Shown here piece by piece: positions 11,250-23,100 of a stretch of DNA of 64,000 bases (positions within the stretch are counted from its first letter, which is position 1; every line of letters starts with the position of its first letter). A model generated the notes under the pieces. The model saw only the letters and a list, made by a program, of their open reading frames with translations. It searched no databases and was not told the DNA's origin. The translations under genes and the position numbers were made by a program. The stretch comes from an uncultured Alphaproteobacteria bacterium (GTDB lineage Bacteria > Pseudomonadota > Alphaproteobacteria > Acetobacterales > Acetobacteraceae), in contig CAWKCD010000001.1 of the NCBI GenBank assembly GCA_963848035.1, forward strand, positions 1,931,908 to 1,995,907, read 5' to 3'.

Positions 11250-11571
11250 GGGTGTGTCCGTGGTCTTGACCCAGGGGTCGGTGGCGCGCGTCGAAGGGCC
11301 GGCCGGTTAGGGGGCCGTGGCGATAATTCGCGCGGGGGACGGGCGGACCATGGAAGGCTTATGGGAGCGGCGGGCGCCCGGGGTCAAGATTTCCTGGCTA
11401 GACCGAGGGGGCGGAAGCGCGGGAGAATGAGGCGCGCGTGGAGGTTTCGGGGCGGGACGCCGTAATCCATGCGCGAAAGCCTTGCGGTGGCTGGCTTTTG
11501 GACATGATCCGGACGCAAACCGGGATCAATCATTCATCGGGCGCGAGAGTGCGCCTTGCAGGAGAGTTTCA

Positions 11572-11910
11572 ATGGCGACGAAGGCGATTGTTTTGGCGGT
11601 CGGGTTGCTCGTGGCGTTGGGCGGCGTGCAGCACGCGCGGGCGCAGAACGTGCCCGGGCATCCGGCGGTCAACGAGGTGGACCAGCGTCTGCTGAACCAG
11701 CAGCGGCGGACCGATGCGGGTGCGGCGCAGGGGCAGATCGGGGGGCGCGGCGTGGCCGTGGACTTCGCGGCTGATGCGCGAGTTGGGCGGCAGCTCAGCC
11801 GGGACGAGGCGCGGCATGGCGGACACATCACACGGGCGGAGTATCGGCGCCTGAACCGGGAGCTGAACCATAACAGCCGACGGATCTATCGCCAGCGGCA
11901 TGGGATGTAA
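11572..11910 (+). CDS. small secreted protein, unknown function
   Basis: ATG 11572 with GGAGAG 6 nt upstream. Signal peptide [24 protein letters not shown]; basic C-terminal part [25 protein letters not shown]. Confidence 0.5.
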   Translation: MATKAIVLAVGLLVALGGVQHARAQNVPGHPAVNEVDQRLLNQQRRTDAGAAQGQIGGRGVAVDFAADARVGRQLSRDEARHGGHITRAEYRRLNRELNHNSRRIYRQRHGM

Positions 11911-12003
11911 TCAATTGTCTTAAAGGTGGTCCGGGGCGGCGAAATTGGTTCTTGCCGCCCTGGACTGCCGCGTCGCTGCGCTCCTCGCAGGGACAAGCTC
12001 GTT

Positions 12004-13357
12004 CTAGTGTAGCTTTACTTGGGTTATGGGGCGGTTGCTGAAGAGGCCGGCGGCGGTGCGGAGGGCGACGCGGGCGCCGCCGTGGAGGGCGGCTTCGTGC
12101 ATCTTGTAGAGGGAGCGGTACATCAGGCGGGCGAATAGGCCCTCGACGAACATCGAGCGGCCGACCACGAAGCCCATGAGGCTGCCGACGGTGCTGTATT
12201 TCCCGAGGGAGACCAGGGAGCCGAAGTCCCGGTAGCTGAAGGGTTCCAGGGGCTGCCGGCGAGGCGGCGGTTGATCTGGGCGACCATGTGGGATGCCATC
12301 TGGTGGGCGGCTTGGGCGCGGGGGGGATCGGCGGGCCGCCGGGCTCGCGGGGGCAGGAGGCGCAGTCGCCGATGGCGAAGATGTTTTCGTCGCGTGTGGT
12401 CTGGAGGGTGGGGAGGACGAGGAGCTGGTTCGGCGCGGTTGGTCTCGAGGCCGCCGAAATCTGGCCAGGAAGTCGGGGGCTTTGACGCCGGCGGCCCAGA
12501 CGACGAGTTCGGCGGGGATGAACTCGCCGCCGTCGAGGACGACGCCGTCGGCGCGGACCTCGGAGACCTGGCTGGCGGTGCGGACGTCGACGTCGAGGCC
12601 GCGGAGGAGTTCGGTGGTGGCGGCGGAGATCCGTTCGGGCAAAGCGGGGAGGATCCGGGGGGCGGCTTCGATGAGCTTGATGCGGATGTCGCGCGCCGGG
12701 TCGATGCGGTCGAGGCCGTAGGCGACGACGGCGCGGACGGTGCGGTGGAGTTCGGCGGCGAGCTCGGTGCCGGTGGCGCCGGCGCCGATGATGGCGACGT
12801 GGAGCTGGCCGGGGCGGATGGGGTCGTCCTGGGCGTTGGCGCGCAGGCAGGCGTTGACGAGGCGGCGGTTGAAGCGGCTGGCCTGTTCGGCGGTCTCGAG
12901 CGGGACGGCGAACTCGGCGGCGCCCTTGGTGCCGAAATCGTTGGTGATGCTGCCGATGGCCATGACGAGCGTGTCGTAGGGGATGCCGGTGGCGGGGGTG
13001 ATTTCGCGGCCTTCGTCGTCGTGGGTGGGGCCGAGGAGGAGTTGCTTGTTGGCGCGGTCGAGGCCGACGACCTCGCCGTAGCGGTAGGTGAAATGGTGCC
13101 AGTGGGCCTGGGCGAGGTAGTTCAGCTCGTGCTCGGCGCGCGACAGGCTGCCGGCGGCGACGGAGTGGAGCAGGGGCTTCCAGAGATGGGCGCGGTTGCG
13201 CTCGACGAGGGTGACGATGCGCTTGCTTGCGGCGGCCGAGCTTGTCGCCGAGCTTGGTGACGAGCTCGAGCCCGGCGGCGCCGCCGCCGGCGACGACGAT
13301 CCGGTGGAGGCCGGCGTCGGCTGTGCTCGCATTTTGGTCGAGCTGGAGTGTGTCCAT
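12004..13357 (-). pseudogene. ndh: type II NADH dehydrogenase (NDH-2), at least five frame breaks
   Basis: Dinucleotide motifs [11 protein letters not shown] and [14 protein letters not shown], plus [33 protein letters not shown]. Segments alternate among all three minus frames (breaks near 13225, 12462, 12432, 12320, 12262). Confidence 0.85.
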
Positions 13358-13401
13358 CGGTCGGCTCTCCTCGTCACCAGAGTTGATAACAGGAGGGGGC
13401 G

Positions 13402-14335
13402 TTAACCTCCAACGGTGGCGAGGATGGAGCGGGCCTGGGCGGCGTCGGCGGCGATCTGGGCCTTGAGGTCGTCGAAGGAGGCGAATTTCCGTTCGGCGCG
13501 GAGGAAGGCGTGGAGCGCGACGGCGACTTCCTGGCCGTAGAGGTCGCCTTCCCAGTCGAACAGGTGGGCTTCGACGCGGCTTTCCTGGCCGTCGTTGACG
13601 GTGGGGCGGCGGCCGATGTTGGCGACGCCCGGGACGGGCGCGCCGTCGGGGAGGATGGCGGTGACGGCGTAGACGCCGCGGGCGGGTTCGAGGTGGGCGG
13701 CAGAGCGGGATGTTGGCGGTGGGGAAGCCGATGGTGCGGCCGCGCTTGTCGCCGTGGGTGACGGGGCCGCGGACGGCCCAGGGGCGGCCGAGATCGGCGG
13801 CGGCGCGCTCGGGGTAGCCGTCCTGCAGCAGGCGGCGGATGCGGGTGGAGCTGACCGGGCCTTGGTCGTCGGCGAGCTTGGGGACGACGGTGAGGCCGAT
13901 GCCGAGGGCTTCGGCGCGCTCGGCGAGGTAGGTGATGTCGCCGCCGCGGCGGTGGCCGAAGGCGAAATCGGGGCCGCAGGCGAGATGGGCGGCGCCGACG
14001 CCTCGGTGGAGGACATCGTCGAGGAAGGCTTCGGCGGAGAGGAGGGAGAACTCGCGGTCGAAGGGGATCTCGTAGAGGGTTTGGACGCCCAGTGCGGCCA
14101 GGGCGTCGGCGCGCTCGGGGGCGAGGGTGAGGCGGAAGGGCGGATCTTCGGGGCGGAAGAGTTCGCGGGGGTGGGGCTCGAAGGTGAGGACGGCGAGGCG
14201 GGCGCCGGGCCGGGCGGCGTGGGCGGTGCGGAGAAGGTGGGCATGGCCGCGGTGGACGCCGTCGAAATTGCCGAGGGCGACGGTGGCGCCGCGGAGGGCT
14301 TCGGGGAGGTCCTGCCACGTGCGGACAATGTCCAA
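13402..14335 (-). pseudogene. ribF: bifunctional riboflavin kinase / FMN adenylyltransferase, frame broken near 13705
   Basis: TTG 14335 after [17 protein letters not shown] and GFPTANI are in one frame; [11 protein letters not shown]...GRRPTV...[13 protein letters not shown] continues in ORF 13402..14367(-). Confidence 0.9.
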
Positions 14336-14412
14336 TCCGGTCTCCTTGCTGCGAGTTGCGCCGACAAGAGACGGGCGCGATGCTGCGGTCAAGCAACGCA
14401 GAAGAGAGACGC

Positions 14413-15162
14413 ATGGACCGCCATCACGACGCTGCCGAATTGCTGTTGAGCGCGCGGCGGGATCCGACGCAGCGGCTCATGTCGCTGCCGGAACTGGTCA
14501 CGCCGAAGACGCTGGAGCAGGCGTATCTGGTCCAGCGGGAGATCATGGGGAAGCTCGGGGCGATCGGGGGTTGGAAGGTGGGGTCGCCGAACCCGGGATC
14601 GGATGTGTTCACGTGCGCGCCGTTGCCGGCTGCGACGATCAAGCAGAGCCCGGCGGTGATCGTGGGCAGCGACCGGGGGATCGAGGCGGAGATCGCGGTT
14701 CGGCTGGGGGCGGACCTGCCGGTGCGGGAGACGCCGTATTCGGCGGCGGAGGTGCGGGCGGCGATCGCTTCGGCGCATCCGGCGATCGAGGTGCTGGAGA
14801 GCCGGTTCGTGGACCCGGAGCAGGTGGAGAAGCTGGCGGTGCTGGCCGACAGCTTGGCGAACCATAGCCTGGTGGTGGGGGCGGCGATCGCGGGCTGGGC
14901 GGAGATCGATCTGGTGGCGGAGGAGGTCGTCGTGACCGTGGGGGGCGCGGAGGTGAAGCGGGGGCGGGGGAATCCGGGGGGCGACATGATGCGGCTATTG
15001 GTTTGGCTGGCGAATGTGGGGGCGCGCTGGGCGGGCGGGTTGCGGGCGGGGCAGGTGGTGACGACGGGGTCGTGGACGGGGAAGGACGTGGCGGGGGCGG
15101 GGGAGGAGGCGATGGTTCGGTTCGCGCGATGCGGCGACGTCAGCGTGAGGTTCGGGGCATGA
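14413..15162 (+). CDS. 2-keto-4-pentenoate hydratase / FAH-fold hydratase-decarboxylase family protein
   Basis: MDRHHD... with [23 protein letters not shown] pattern of MhpD/HpcG-type hydratases. Confidence 0.6.
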   Translation: MDRHHDAAELLLSARRDPTQRLMSLPELVTPKTLEQAYLVQREIMGKLGAIGGWKVGSPNPGSDVFTCAPLPAATIKQSPAVIVGSDRGIEAEIAVRLGADLPVRETPYSAAEVRAAIASAHPAIEVLESRFVDPEQVEKLAVLADSLANHSLVVGAAIAGWAEIDLVAEEVVVTVGGAEVKRGRGNPGGDMMRLLVWLANVGARWAGGLRAGQVVTTGSWTGKDVAGAGEEAMVRFARCGDVSVRFGA

Positions 15163-15830
15163 GGGCGCTGGTGGTCGGCGCCGGGCCGGGGCTGTCGGCG
15201 AGTTTCGCGCGGCAGTTGGCTGGGGCGGGGTATCAGGTGGCGCTGGCGGCGCGGCGGACGGAGAAGCTCGGGGCGCTGGCTGGGGAGATCGGGGCGAGCG
15301 TTCATGCTTGCGATGCGGTGGATGCGGGGTCAGTGGCCGGGCTGTTCGAGGCGGTGCCGGATGCGGACGTGGTGATGTTCAATGCGAGTTATCGGGTTGG
15401 GGGGCCGTTTCTCGAGCTGGATGCGGGGGAGGTGGAGCGGACGGTCCGGGTTTCGGCATTCGCCGGGTTCCTGGTGGCGCAGGCGGCGGCGCGGGGGATG
15501 GTGGCGCGGGGGAAGGGGACGATCGTGCTGACGGGGGCTTCGGCGAGCGTGAAGGGTTATGCGCAGTCGGCGCCGTTCGCGATGGGGAAGTTCGCGCTGC
15601 GGGGGATGGCGCAGAGCATGGCGCGGGAGCTGCATCCGAAGGGGGTGCATGTGGTGCATGTGGTCGTCGATGGGGGGATTCGGTCGGCGGCACGGGTCGA
15701 CCCGGCGGAGCGGCCGGATAGTTTGTTGGATCCGGATGCGATCGCGGAGACGGTGATGGGGCTGGTGCGGCAGCCTCGGTCGTGCTGGACGGACGAGATC
15801 GCGGTTCGGCCTTGGGTGGAGCGGTTCTGA
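15159..15830 (+). CDS. SDR-family oxidoreductase
   Basis: ATG 15159 overlaps the upstream stop (ATGA). VVGAGPGLS Rossmann-like motif, TGASASVKG, FAMGKFA (YxxxK position variant). Confidence 0.75.
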   Translation: MRALVVGAGPGLSASFARQLAGAGYQVALAARRTEKLGALAGEIGASVHACDAVDAGSVAGLFEAVPDADVVMFNASYRVGGPFLELDAGEVERTVRVSAFAGFLVAQAAARGMVARGKGTIVLTGASASVKGYAQSAPFAMGKFALRGMAQSMARELHPKGVHVVHVVVDGGIRSAARVDPAERPDSLLDPDAIAETVMGLVRQPRSCWTDEIAVRPWVERF

Positions 15831-16387
15831 TGCAGACGGATCAGACGGGTGCGCCGCGGTATTACGATGGCGTCTGGATGGGGCTGCATTGGCTGATCGC
15901 GCTGCTGGTGGGGCTGCAGTTCGTGACGAAGGCGATCTCGCCGGGGGCGTTCCCGGGGGCGACGGAGGATGCGCTGAATGCGTGGCATCTGGCGATCGGG
16001 CCGACGATCCTGCTGCTGATGCTGGTGCGGTTGGGGTGGCGGCTGACGCATGTGCCGCCGCCGGTGCCGGCGGATCTGGCGACGCCGCTGCAGTTTCTAG
16101 CGCGGGCGACGCATTGGGCGTTCTACGGGCTGCTGATCGTCATTCCGGTGTTGGGTTGGGTGTCGGCTTCGGGGTTCGGGGCGCGGCCGACGATCTTGGG
16201 GGTGGTTCCGCTGCCGATGATCGCGCCGGAGAGCAAGAGCTTGGCGGAGGCTTGGGGCGGGGTTCATGGGGTGTTGGCTTGGGTGGTGCTGGGGCTGATC
16301 GGGCTGCACATTTGCGGCGCGCTGTATCATTTATTGGCCAAGGACGACGGGGTTGCGTCGCGGATGCTGCCATTCGGCAGGCTATAG
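15830..16387 (+). CDS. cytochrome b561 family protein
   Basis: Start overlaps the upstream stop (TGATG). Four TM helices with conserved His (LHWLIA, AWHLAIG, THWAFY, HGVLAW...LH). Confidence 0.75.
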   Translation: MQTDQTGAPRYYDGVWMGLHWLIALLVGLQFVTKAISPGAFPGATEDALNAWHLAIGPTILLLMLVRLGWRLTHVPPPVPADLATPLQFLARATHWAFYGLLIVIPVLGWVSASGFGARPTILGVVPLPMIAPESKSLAEAWGGVHGVLAWVVLGLIGLHICGALYHLLAKDDGVASRMLPFGRL

Positions 16388-16427
16388 GTAGAAGCCGCGG
16401 TTTGGCTTTGCTATACGGGGCGCCGGC

Positions 16428-16500
16428 GCCGGGTTAGCACAACGGCTAGTGCAAGACTTTTGTAAAGTCGAGGTTGGGGGTTCGAATCCCTCACCCGGCA
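16428..16500 (+). tRNA. tRNA-Thr (anticodon UGU)
   Basis: Hand-folded cloverleaf: acceptor GCCGGGT/ACCCGGC, D arm GCAC/GTGC, anticodon loop TTTGTAA, T arm GGGGG-TTCGAAT-CCCTC, discriminator A. CCA is not encoded. Confidence 0.85.
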
Positions 16501-16507
16501 GACCCGG

Positions 16508-17948
16508 CTACTGGCCCAAGTGCTGAAGCACCGCGTTGACGCCGAAAGCGGGGACGGGCTCGCATTGGTGCGTTCGGTGGAGCAGGCAGAAATTGCCATT
16601 GCAGGCGATTTTCTCTCCGTCCGGAACGGTGGCGAGGGCGGCTGTGTCGACCAGCAGATAGTTGAAGGCGGGCTCGGCGGCGGCGAGGGCTTCGGGGCCG
16701 CGCGGCAGGTAGATCGGGACTGCGCGCTGCAGGCCGACATAGCCGGGGGTGATGAAGGTCGGGAAACTGACGCCGCCGTAGAGGGCGAGGCCGCAGAGGT
16801 CGGGGCGGGCGCGGACAAGATTCCAAAGCGCTCGGACCTGGGGGTAGGCGCTGGGTTCGCGGAAGGGGCGGCCGGCGAGGCCGGCGAGGGCGGCTGTGGA
16901 TGCGCAGAAGGCGAGTGCGAGTAGAAGGCGGGCGCCGGGGTGGCGGCCGGCGAGGGTCGTCCAGAGGCGCGCGATGCCGAGCCCGGCGAGGATGATGGCG
17001 CAGGGTAGGGCGGCGTAGATGAAGCTGAGCTCCTTGTGGGCAATCAGGGAGTGGAAGGCGACGACGGCGAGGGCGGCGGCGGCGAGGATCGGAGCGACGC
17101 GGACGCCGAGGCCGATGCTGAACGCCAGCGGGATGGCGGCGACGCCGCAGCGACGGATAATTCCGATGAAATAATAAGTGGCGGGTTCGGTGCCGTAGAT
17201 CTCAGAGCGGCGGCGGAGGAGGTTGATGTCGATATTCTTCCAGATCGACTGGAACGGGCTGCCCCAGGTAGCGGCGTCGAGGGCGCCGAAGGCGGCGAGG
17301 GGGATGGCGGTGCCGGTGAGCAGGGCGAGGAGGAGGCGCGGCCCGGTGCGCCAGATGGCGGCGAGGCCGACGACCGCGGCGGCTGGCGCGAGCTGGAAGC
17401 GCAGGGCGATGACCAGGCCGAGGAGGAGGCCGATCGCGGCCATGCGCGGGGAACTGGGGGTTGCCAAGGCTGGCGAGGCCGGCGGCGATGACCAGGAGGT
17501 TGCCGGATTGCACCTCCAGCAACGGTTTGGGGCCGAAATAGACGAGGTCGGGCCAGATGGCGAAGAGGGTGGCGCAGATCAGGGCGCCGGCCGGGCCGTA
17601 GCGACGGAAGCCGAGCTGGGCGGCGATGGCGATCCCGGCGGCGGAGATCCCGGCGAGGACGACCCAGACGGCGGGCACCAGCGGGAGGTGGACGAAGCGG
17701 GCGGCGGCCATGATGGCGGCGAGGGCGTCGGGGAAGAGGAAGGAGCGGATGCCGTCGCGCCATTCCCAGCTGACGATGCCCCAGCCGGTGAGCAGGCGGT
17801 AGGCAGGTTCGAGGTTCTGGAACGTTTCGTCGGGGCGTTGGATCGTAGGCCAGACGATGGCGAAACCGGCGCGGAGCAGGAAGCCGAGGAGGACCGCCAG
17901 GATGGTCCAGCCGCGAAGATTGGCGACCGGCGCCTCCGGCCGGATCAA
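16508..17948 (-). pseudogene. GT22/PMT-like membrane mannosyltransferase family protein, frame broken near 17466
   Basis: The N-terminal part with RPDETFQNLEP motif is in ORF 17202..18038(-); the remaining TM-rich part is in ORF 16508..17467(-). The junction reads AAGLASL / ATPSSPRMAAIGLL. The proposed TTG start 17948 overlaps the upstream stop. Confidence 0.6.
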
Positions 17949-18862
17949 TGCAGCCGGGCTCGGAGCCGGTCGATGGCAGCGCGGGCGCGGGTGGCGGCCT
18001 CGCCGGAGGGGACGAGGTCGAGGAAGCGGCGATGGCACTCGATCGCGGGGATCACGTGGTCGAGGCGTTCGTTCATGAGGGCGGCTTCGCGCCAGAGATG
18101 GGTGTTGTCGGGGGCAATGCGGAGCATGTCCTGCGTGCAGGCGAGTGCGCCTTCGTTGTCGTCGAAGCGGAGGCGGCGGACGCGGACGTTTTCCTGGAGT
18201 CGGAGGAGGACGCGGCGGGCGGACATGGGCTGGAGGACGCCTGGAGTCATTTCGACACTGGGCCCGGCGACGTGTTTAAGCAAGTTGCGCATGTCGTCGG
18301 AGCCTAGGGGGACGCCGCCGGCGAAGACATCGATGACGACCTGGGCGGAGGTGGCCTGGCGGTGGCGGCGGGTGGTGGATTGGGCTTCGAGGGCGATGAG
18401 GAAGTGGCCGGGAAAATCGACGCCGTGGGCGCCCCAGCCGGCGGCGCGCGCGCAGTGCAGCCAGATGATGCCGAGCGCGACGGGGAGGCCGCGGCGGCGC
18501 TCGATGACGCGGATGAGGTTGGCGTTGGCCGGGTCGTCGTAGGTGTCGGTGTCGCCGCGGTAGTCGTGGCGGGCGGCGAGGATGCCCGAGAGTCCGGCGA
18601 TGCGGGCGGGGAGGCCGGCGAAGTTGAACTCGCGGGTGAGGTCGACGACTTCGCGGGCGAGGGCGGAGAGGTGGGTTTGGGCGGCGCGCCAGTCGGCGCC
18701 GGGCTGGTCGATGCGGGCGAATTGAAGGGCGGTGCCGGCGATATCGATCTCGACGTCGGGAAGCTGGCCGACGGCGTCCAGGGCGTCGCGGGGGCTCACG
18801 GCGTCACCTGCCACCCCGGCCCTCTCCCATTGGGAAAGGGCCCCCGCAAGGGGGAGGGGCAA
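17945..18862 (-). CDS. SirB1-like transglutaminase-fold / TPR protein
   Basis: ANLIRVIERRRGLPVALGIIWLHCARAAGW...VDFPGHFL core plus a C-terminal TPR-like segment. The true start may be internal. Confidence 0.55.
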   Translation of the reverse strand: MPLPLAGALSQWERAGVAGDAVSPRDALDAVGQLPDVEIDIAGTALQFARIDQPGADWRAAQTHLSALAREVVDLTREFNFAGLPARIAGLSGILAARHDYRGDTDTYDDPANANLIRVIERRRGLPVALGIIWLHCARAAGWGAHGVDFPGHFLIALEAQSTTRRHRQATSAQVVIDVFAGGVPLGSDDMRNLLKHVAGPSVEMTPGVLQPMSARRVLLRLQENVRVRRLRFDDNEGALACTQDMLRIAPDNTHLWREAALMNERLDHVIPAIECHRRFLDLVPSGEAATRARAAIDRLRARLH

Positions 18863-18878
18863 GGCGGATCGCCAAGGT

Positions 18879-20694
<1,816 letters not shown>

Positions 20695-20734
20695 GCTTGC
20701 CTCCCGCGATGGGCCAGAACGGCGGAGGGACGGA

Positions 20735-20860
20735 GTGTCTGTGGACCCGTCCCTACGCCGGCATGACCCGGATCAGGTGTTCTAGGGTCATCGCGCTGCG
20801 GCCGGGTTGGGGCTGCGTAGCGAACTCTCAGTCCCTTGCGGGACACCCCTCGGATAAGCG
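20735..20860 (-). promoter_or_regulatory. TPP (THI-box) riboswitch in the thiC leader
   Basis: The minus strand reads GGGGUGUCCCGCAAGGGACUGAGAG ... ACCUGAUCCGGGUCAUGCCGGCGUAGGGA. This matches the conserved CUGAGA and ACCUGAUCUGGAUAAUGCCAGCGUAGGGA elements, directly upstream of thiC. Confidence 0.85.
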
Positions 20861-20888
20861 GACAACCTCGGCTGGCTGGGCTTCGCTG

Positions 20889-21272
20889 TCAATCGCGGCG
20901 CGCGAGCATGGGGCCGAGCGGGGCGCCGGCGAAGAGGTGGAGGTGGAAGTGCGGGACCTCCTGGCCGGCGTGCGTGCCCATGTTGGTGAGGGTGCGATAG
21001 CCGTGCTCCTCGAGGCCGAGTTGCTTCGCGACGGCGCCGACGGCGCGATAGAAGCCGGCGATCTCGGCTTCGGACGCGCTTGCGGCGAAGTCAGCGAGGG
21101 AGACGTAGCGGCCGCGCGGGATCACGAGAACGTGAATCGGGGCCTGGGGGTTGATGTCATGGAAGGCGACGGCCCAATCGTCCTCGAAAACGCGCTTGGA
21201 CGGGATTTCGCCGCGAAGGAGGCGGGCGAAGATGTTGCTGTCGTCGTAGGGTCCGCGTCCGCTGACGGGCAT
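20889..21272 (-). CDS. HIT-family protein
   Basis: 127 aa from ATG 21272; histidine triad HFHLHLF. Confidence 0.85.
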   Translation of the reverse strand: MPVSGRGPYDDSNIFARLLRGEIPSKRVFEDDWAVAFHDINPQAPIHVLVIPRGRYVSLADFAASASEAEIAGFYRAVGAVAKQLGLEEHGYRTLTNMGTHAGQEVPHFHLHLFAGAPLGPMLARRD

Positions 21273-21386
21273 GCCGTTTCTCCGTTCCGTGCGTTGTTGC
21301 CCGAACTGGGCCATGATTGTGGGCCATACCGTGAAGCAGGGACGACCGGGAAGCTGCATCCCCGCGCTCCGTCCGAAGGAGGATCC

Positions 21387-21863
21387 ATGCGTTTGGCGCC
21401 GTTCGCGCTGTTTGCGCTCGTTGCCCTGCCGGCCTGTGCGCCGTACGGGTATGGTTATGCCGGCTCCTATGGCGGGCCGGTCTACAATGCGCCGGGGCCT
21501 GTCTATGGTTCTCCGTATTATGCGGATCCGGGATATGTCGCACCGCCGGTAGGCGGCGTGTTGCTGCTGGGCGGTGATCGTGACGATCGGCGGCGGTACG
21601 ACCGGCGCGAGTACGATCGCGGTCGGGAGGGGGGCCGCGAGGGGTATCGCGAGGGATATCGGGGACAGGAGCGGGGCGGCGAGCGCCAGGCACCGCCGCA
21701 GCGGGGGCCGTCGGTGTTCTCGGGGCCGCAACAGCGGGCGCCCTCGGCGTTCAGCGGTCCGCCGCAGCGGGCACCGTCGGCGTTCTCCGGTGGGCAAGGC
21801 GGCGGGCACGCACCGGGGTTCAACCCCGCGAATCCGACCGCCCAGGGCGGCGGCGACCGCTAA
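21387..21863 (+). CDS. lipoprotein with Tyr/Gly/Pro-rich, Arg/Asp/Glu-rich and triple-repeat segments
   Basis: AGGAGGA upstream of ATG 21387; leader MRLAPFALFALVALPAC (lipobox LPAC). Confidence 0.6.
   Translation: MRLAPFALFALVALPACAPYGYGYAGSYGGPVYNAPGPVYGSPYYADPGYVAPPVGGVLLLGGDRDDRRRYDRREYDRGREGGREGYREGYRGQERGGERQAPPQRGPSVFSGPQQRAPSAFSGPPQRAPSAFSGGQGGGHAPGFNPANPTAQGGGDR
21696..21794 (+). repeat. three tandem 33-nt repeats inside the lipoprotein gene
   Basis: Units 21696..21728, 21729..21761 and 21762..21794 encode PQRGPSVFSGP / QQRAPSAFSGP / PQRAPSAFSGG. Confidence 0.85.
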
Positions 21864-21985
21864 GTCTCGATCCCACCCGCGCTGCTGCAGCCCGGGTGGG
21901 AAGAGCGCGTGATCCGGGCGTGAGACGTTACCTATAGCGCCACAGCTTCCTTGACCGGCAGTTTAGGAAAATATACCGACTGCTG

Positions 21986-22705
21986 GTGCTAAGGGAGCTT
22001 TCAGTCCTTGACCTTTTCAGCGGTATCGGCGGGTTCAGCCTGGGGCTCCACTGGGCCGGGTTCAGGACCATCGCATTCTGCGAACGAAATCCATTCTGCC
22101 GAGCGATCCTCGCCCGCCATTGGCCCGGCGTGCCGATCCACGGCGACGTGCGGCTGTTCTCGGCGCGGGGAATGCGGCCGGACGTCGTGTGCGGCGGGTT
22201 CCCGTGCCAGGACGTCAGCCTTGCGGGACGGGGCGGCGGGCTCGAGGGCGAGCGAAGCGGGTTGTGGTCGGAGATGGCGCGAATCGTCGGCGAGTGCCGA
22301 CCGGGTTGGGTCATCGTTGAGAACGTCCCTGGCTTGCGAAGCCGGGGCGCGGACCGGGTGTTCGCCGACCTGGCGGCGGTCGGTTACGAGAGCTGGCCAC
22401 TCGTGGTGGGTGCTGTCCATGCCGGGGCCCCGCACCGGCGGCGGCGGGTCTTCGTCCTCGCACGACGGGTTGCTGCCGACGCCGCTGGCGCGGGACTGGA
22501 AGTGCGGCAGCACGATGCAGCGGGTGCGGCGGCGGGCTTGCCCGCTGAGCGACGTAGCGGGTGGGTTGCTGAACCCAGTGTTCGTCGAGTGGATGATGGG
22601 TTTTCCGGCCGGGTGGACCGGCTGATGGCGCTTGGCAACGCGGTGGTGCCGGACGTGGCGGCGATGATCGGGCGGGCGATCCGGGCGGCGGAGGCGGGGC
22701 TGTGA
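21986..22705 (+). pseudogene. short DNA (cytosine-5)-methyltransferase, two frame changes (about 22452 and about 22620)
   Basis: Motif I DLFSGIGG, IV GGFPCQDVS, VI ENV, VIII RRRVFVLA and X LGNAVVP in one frame. The segment HDGLLPTPLARDWK...LNPVFVEWMMGFPAGWT reads only in ORF 22008..22625. Confidence 0.8.
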
Positions 22706-23100
22706 GCGGGCGGGTGCTGATCGTCGAGGACGAGGCGCTGGTGGCGCTGACGATGGAGGACGTGTTGACCGAGGCGGGGTTCGAGGTGTGCGGGATCGCG
22801 GACCGGCCGGAGGAGGCGATCGCGCTGGCTCTCGGCACGCGGATCGACATCGCCGTCGTTGACGTGCGCCTGGCGGAAGGGGGCGACGGGATCGCGCTGG
22901 CTGCGGCGCTACGGGAGATCGGGTCGATGCTCATCCTGTTCGCCACCGGCAATCCGGACGAGGTGCGCAGCCGGGCGCGGGTGGGGCATGGGTGCCTGAC
23001 CAAGCCGTTCCAGGCGGAGTGGCTGCTGACGGCGATCGCGGCCGTGCGGGACGGGACGGAGCCGGCGATCCCCGGATATTTCGGGCTGCCGGTCCCATGA
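22702..23100 (+). CDS. single-domain response regulator (receiver only)
   Basis: LIVEDE acidic pocket, phospho-acceptor context IAVVDVRL, conserved LTKPF. GTG overlaps the methyltransferase stop. Confidence 0.85.
   Translation: MSGRVLIVEDEALVALTMEDVLTEAGFEVCGIADRPEEAIALALGTRIDIAVVDVRLAEGGDGIALAAALREIGSMLILFATGNPDEVRSRARVGHGCLTKPFQAEWLLTAIAAVRDGTEPAIPGYFGLPVP

Noticed and set aside
21864-21960. A tRNA-Thr 3'-end-like direct repeat (TCGATCCCACCCGCG and TGACCGGCAG versus TCGAATCCCTCACCCGGCAG at 16481..16501) as an att site marking a genomic island between the tRNA and the methyltransferase or PGC
   Set aside because: The matches need gaps and mismatches and are short for this GC content. No integrase is present. 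The interval contains housekeeping genes (thiC, HIT). The first segment is better explained as a terminator-like hairpin (TCCCACCCG...CGGGTGGGA).
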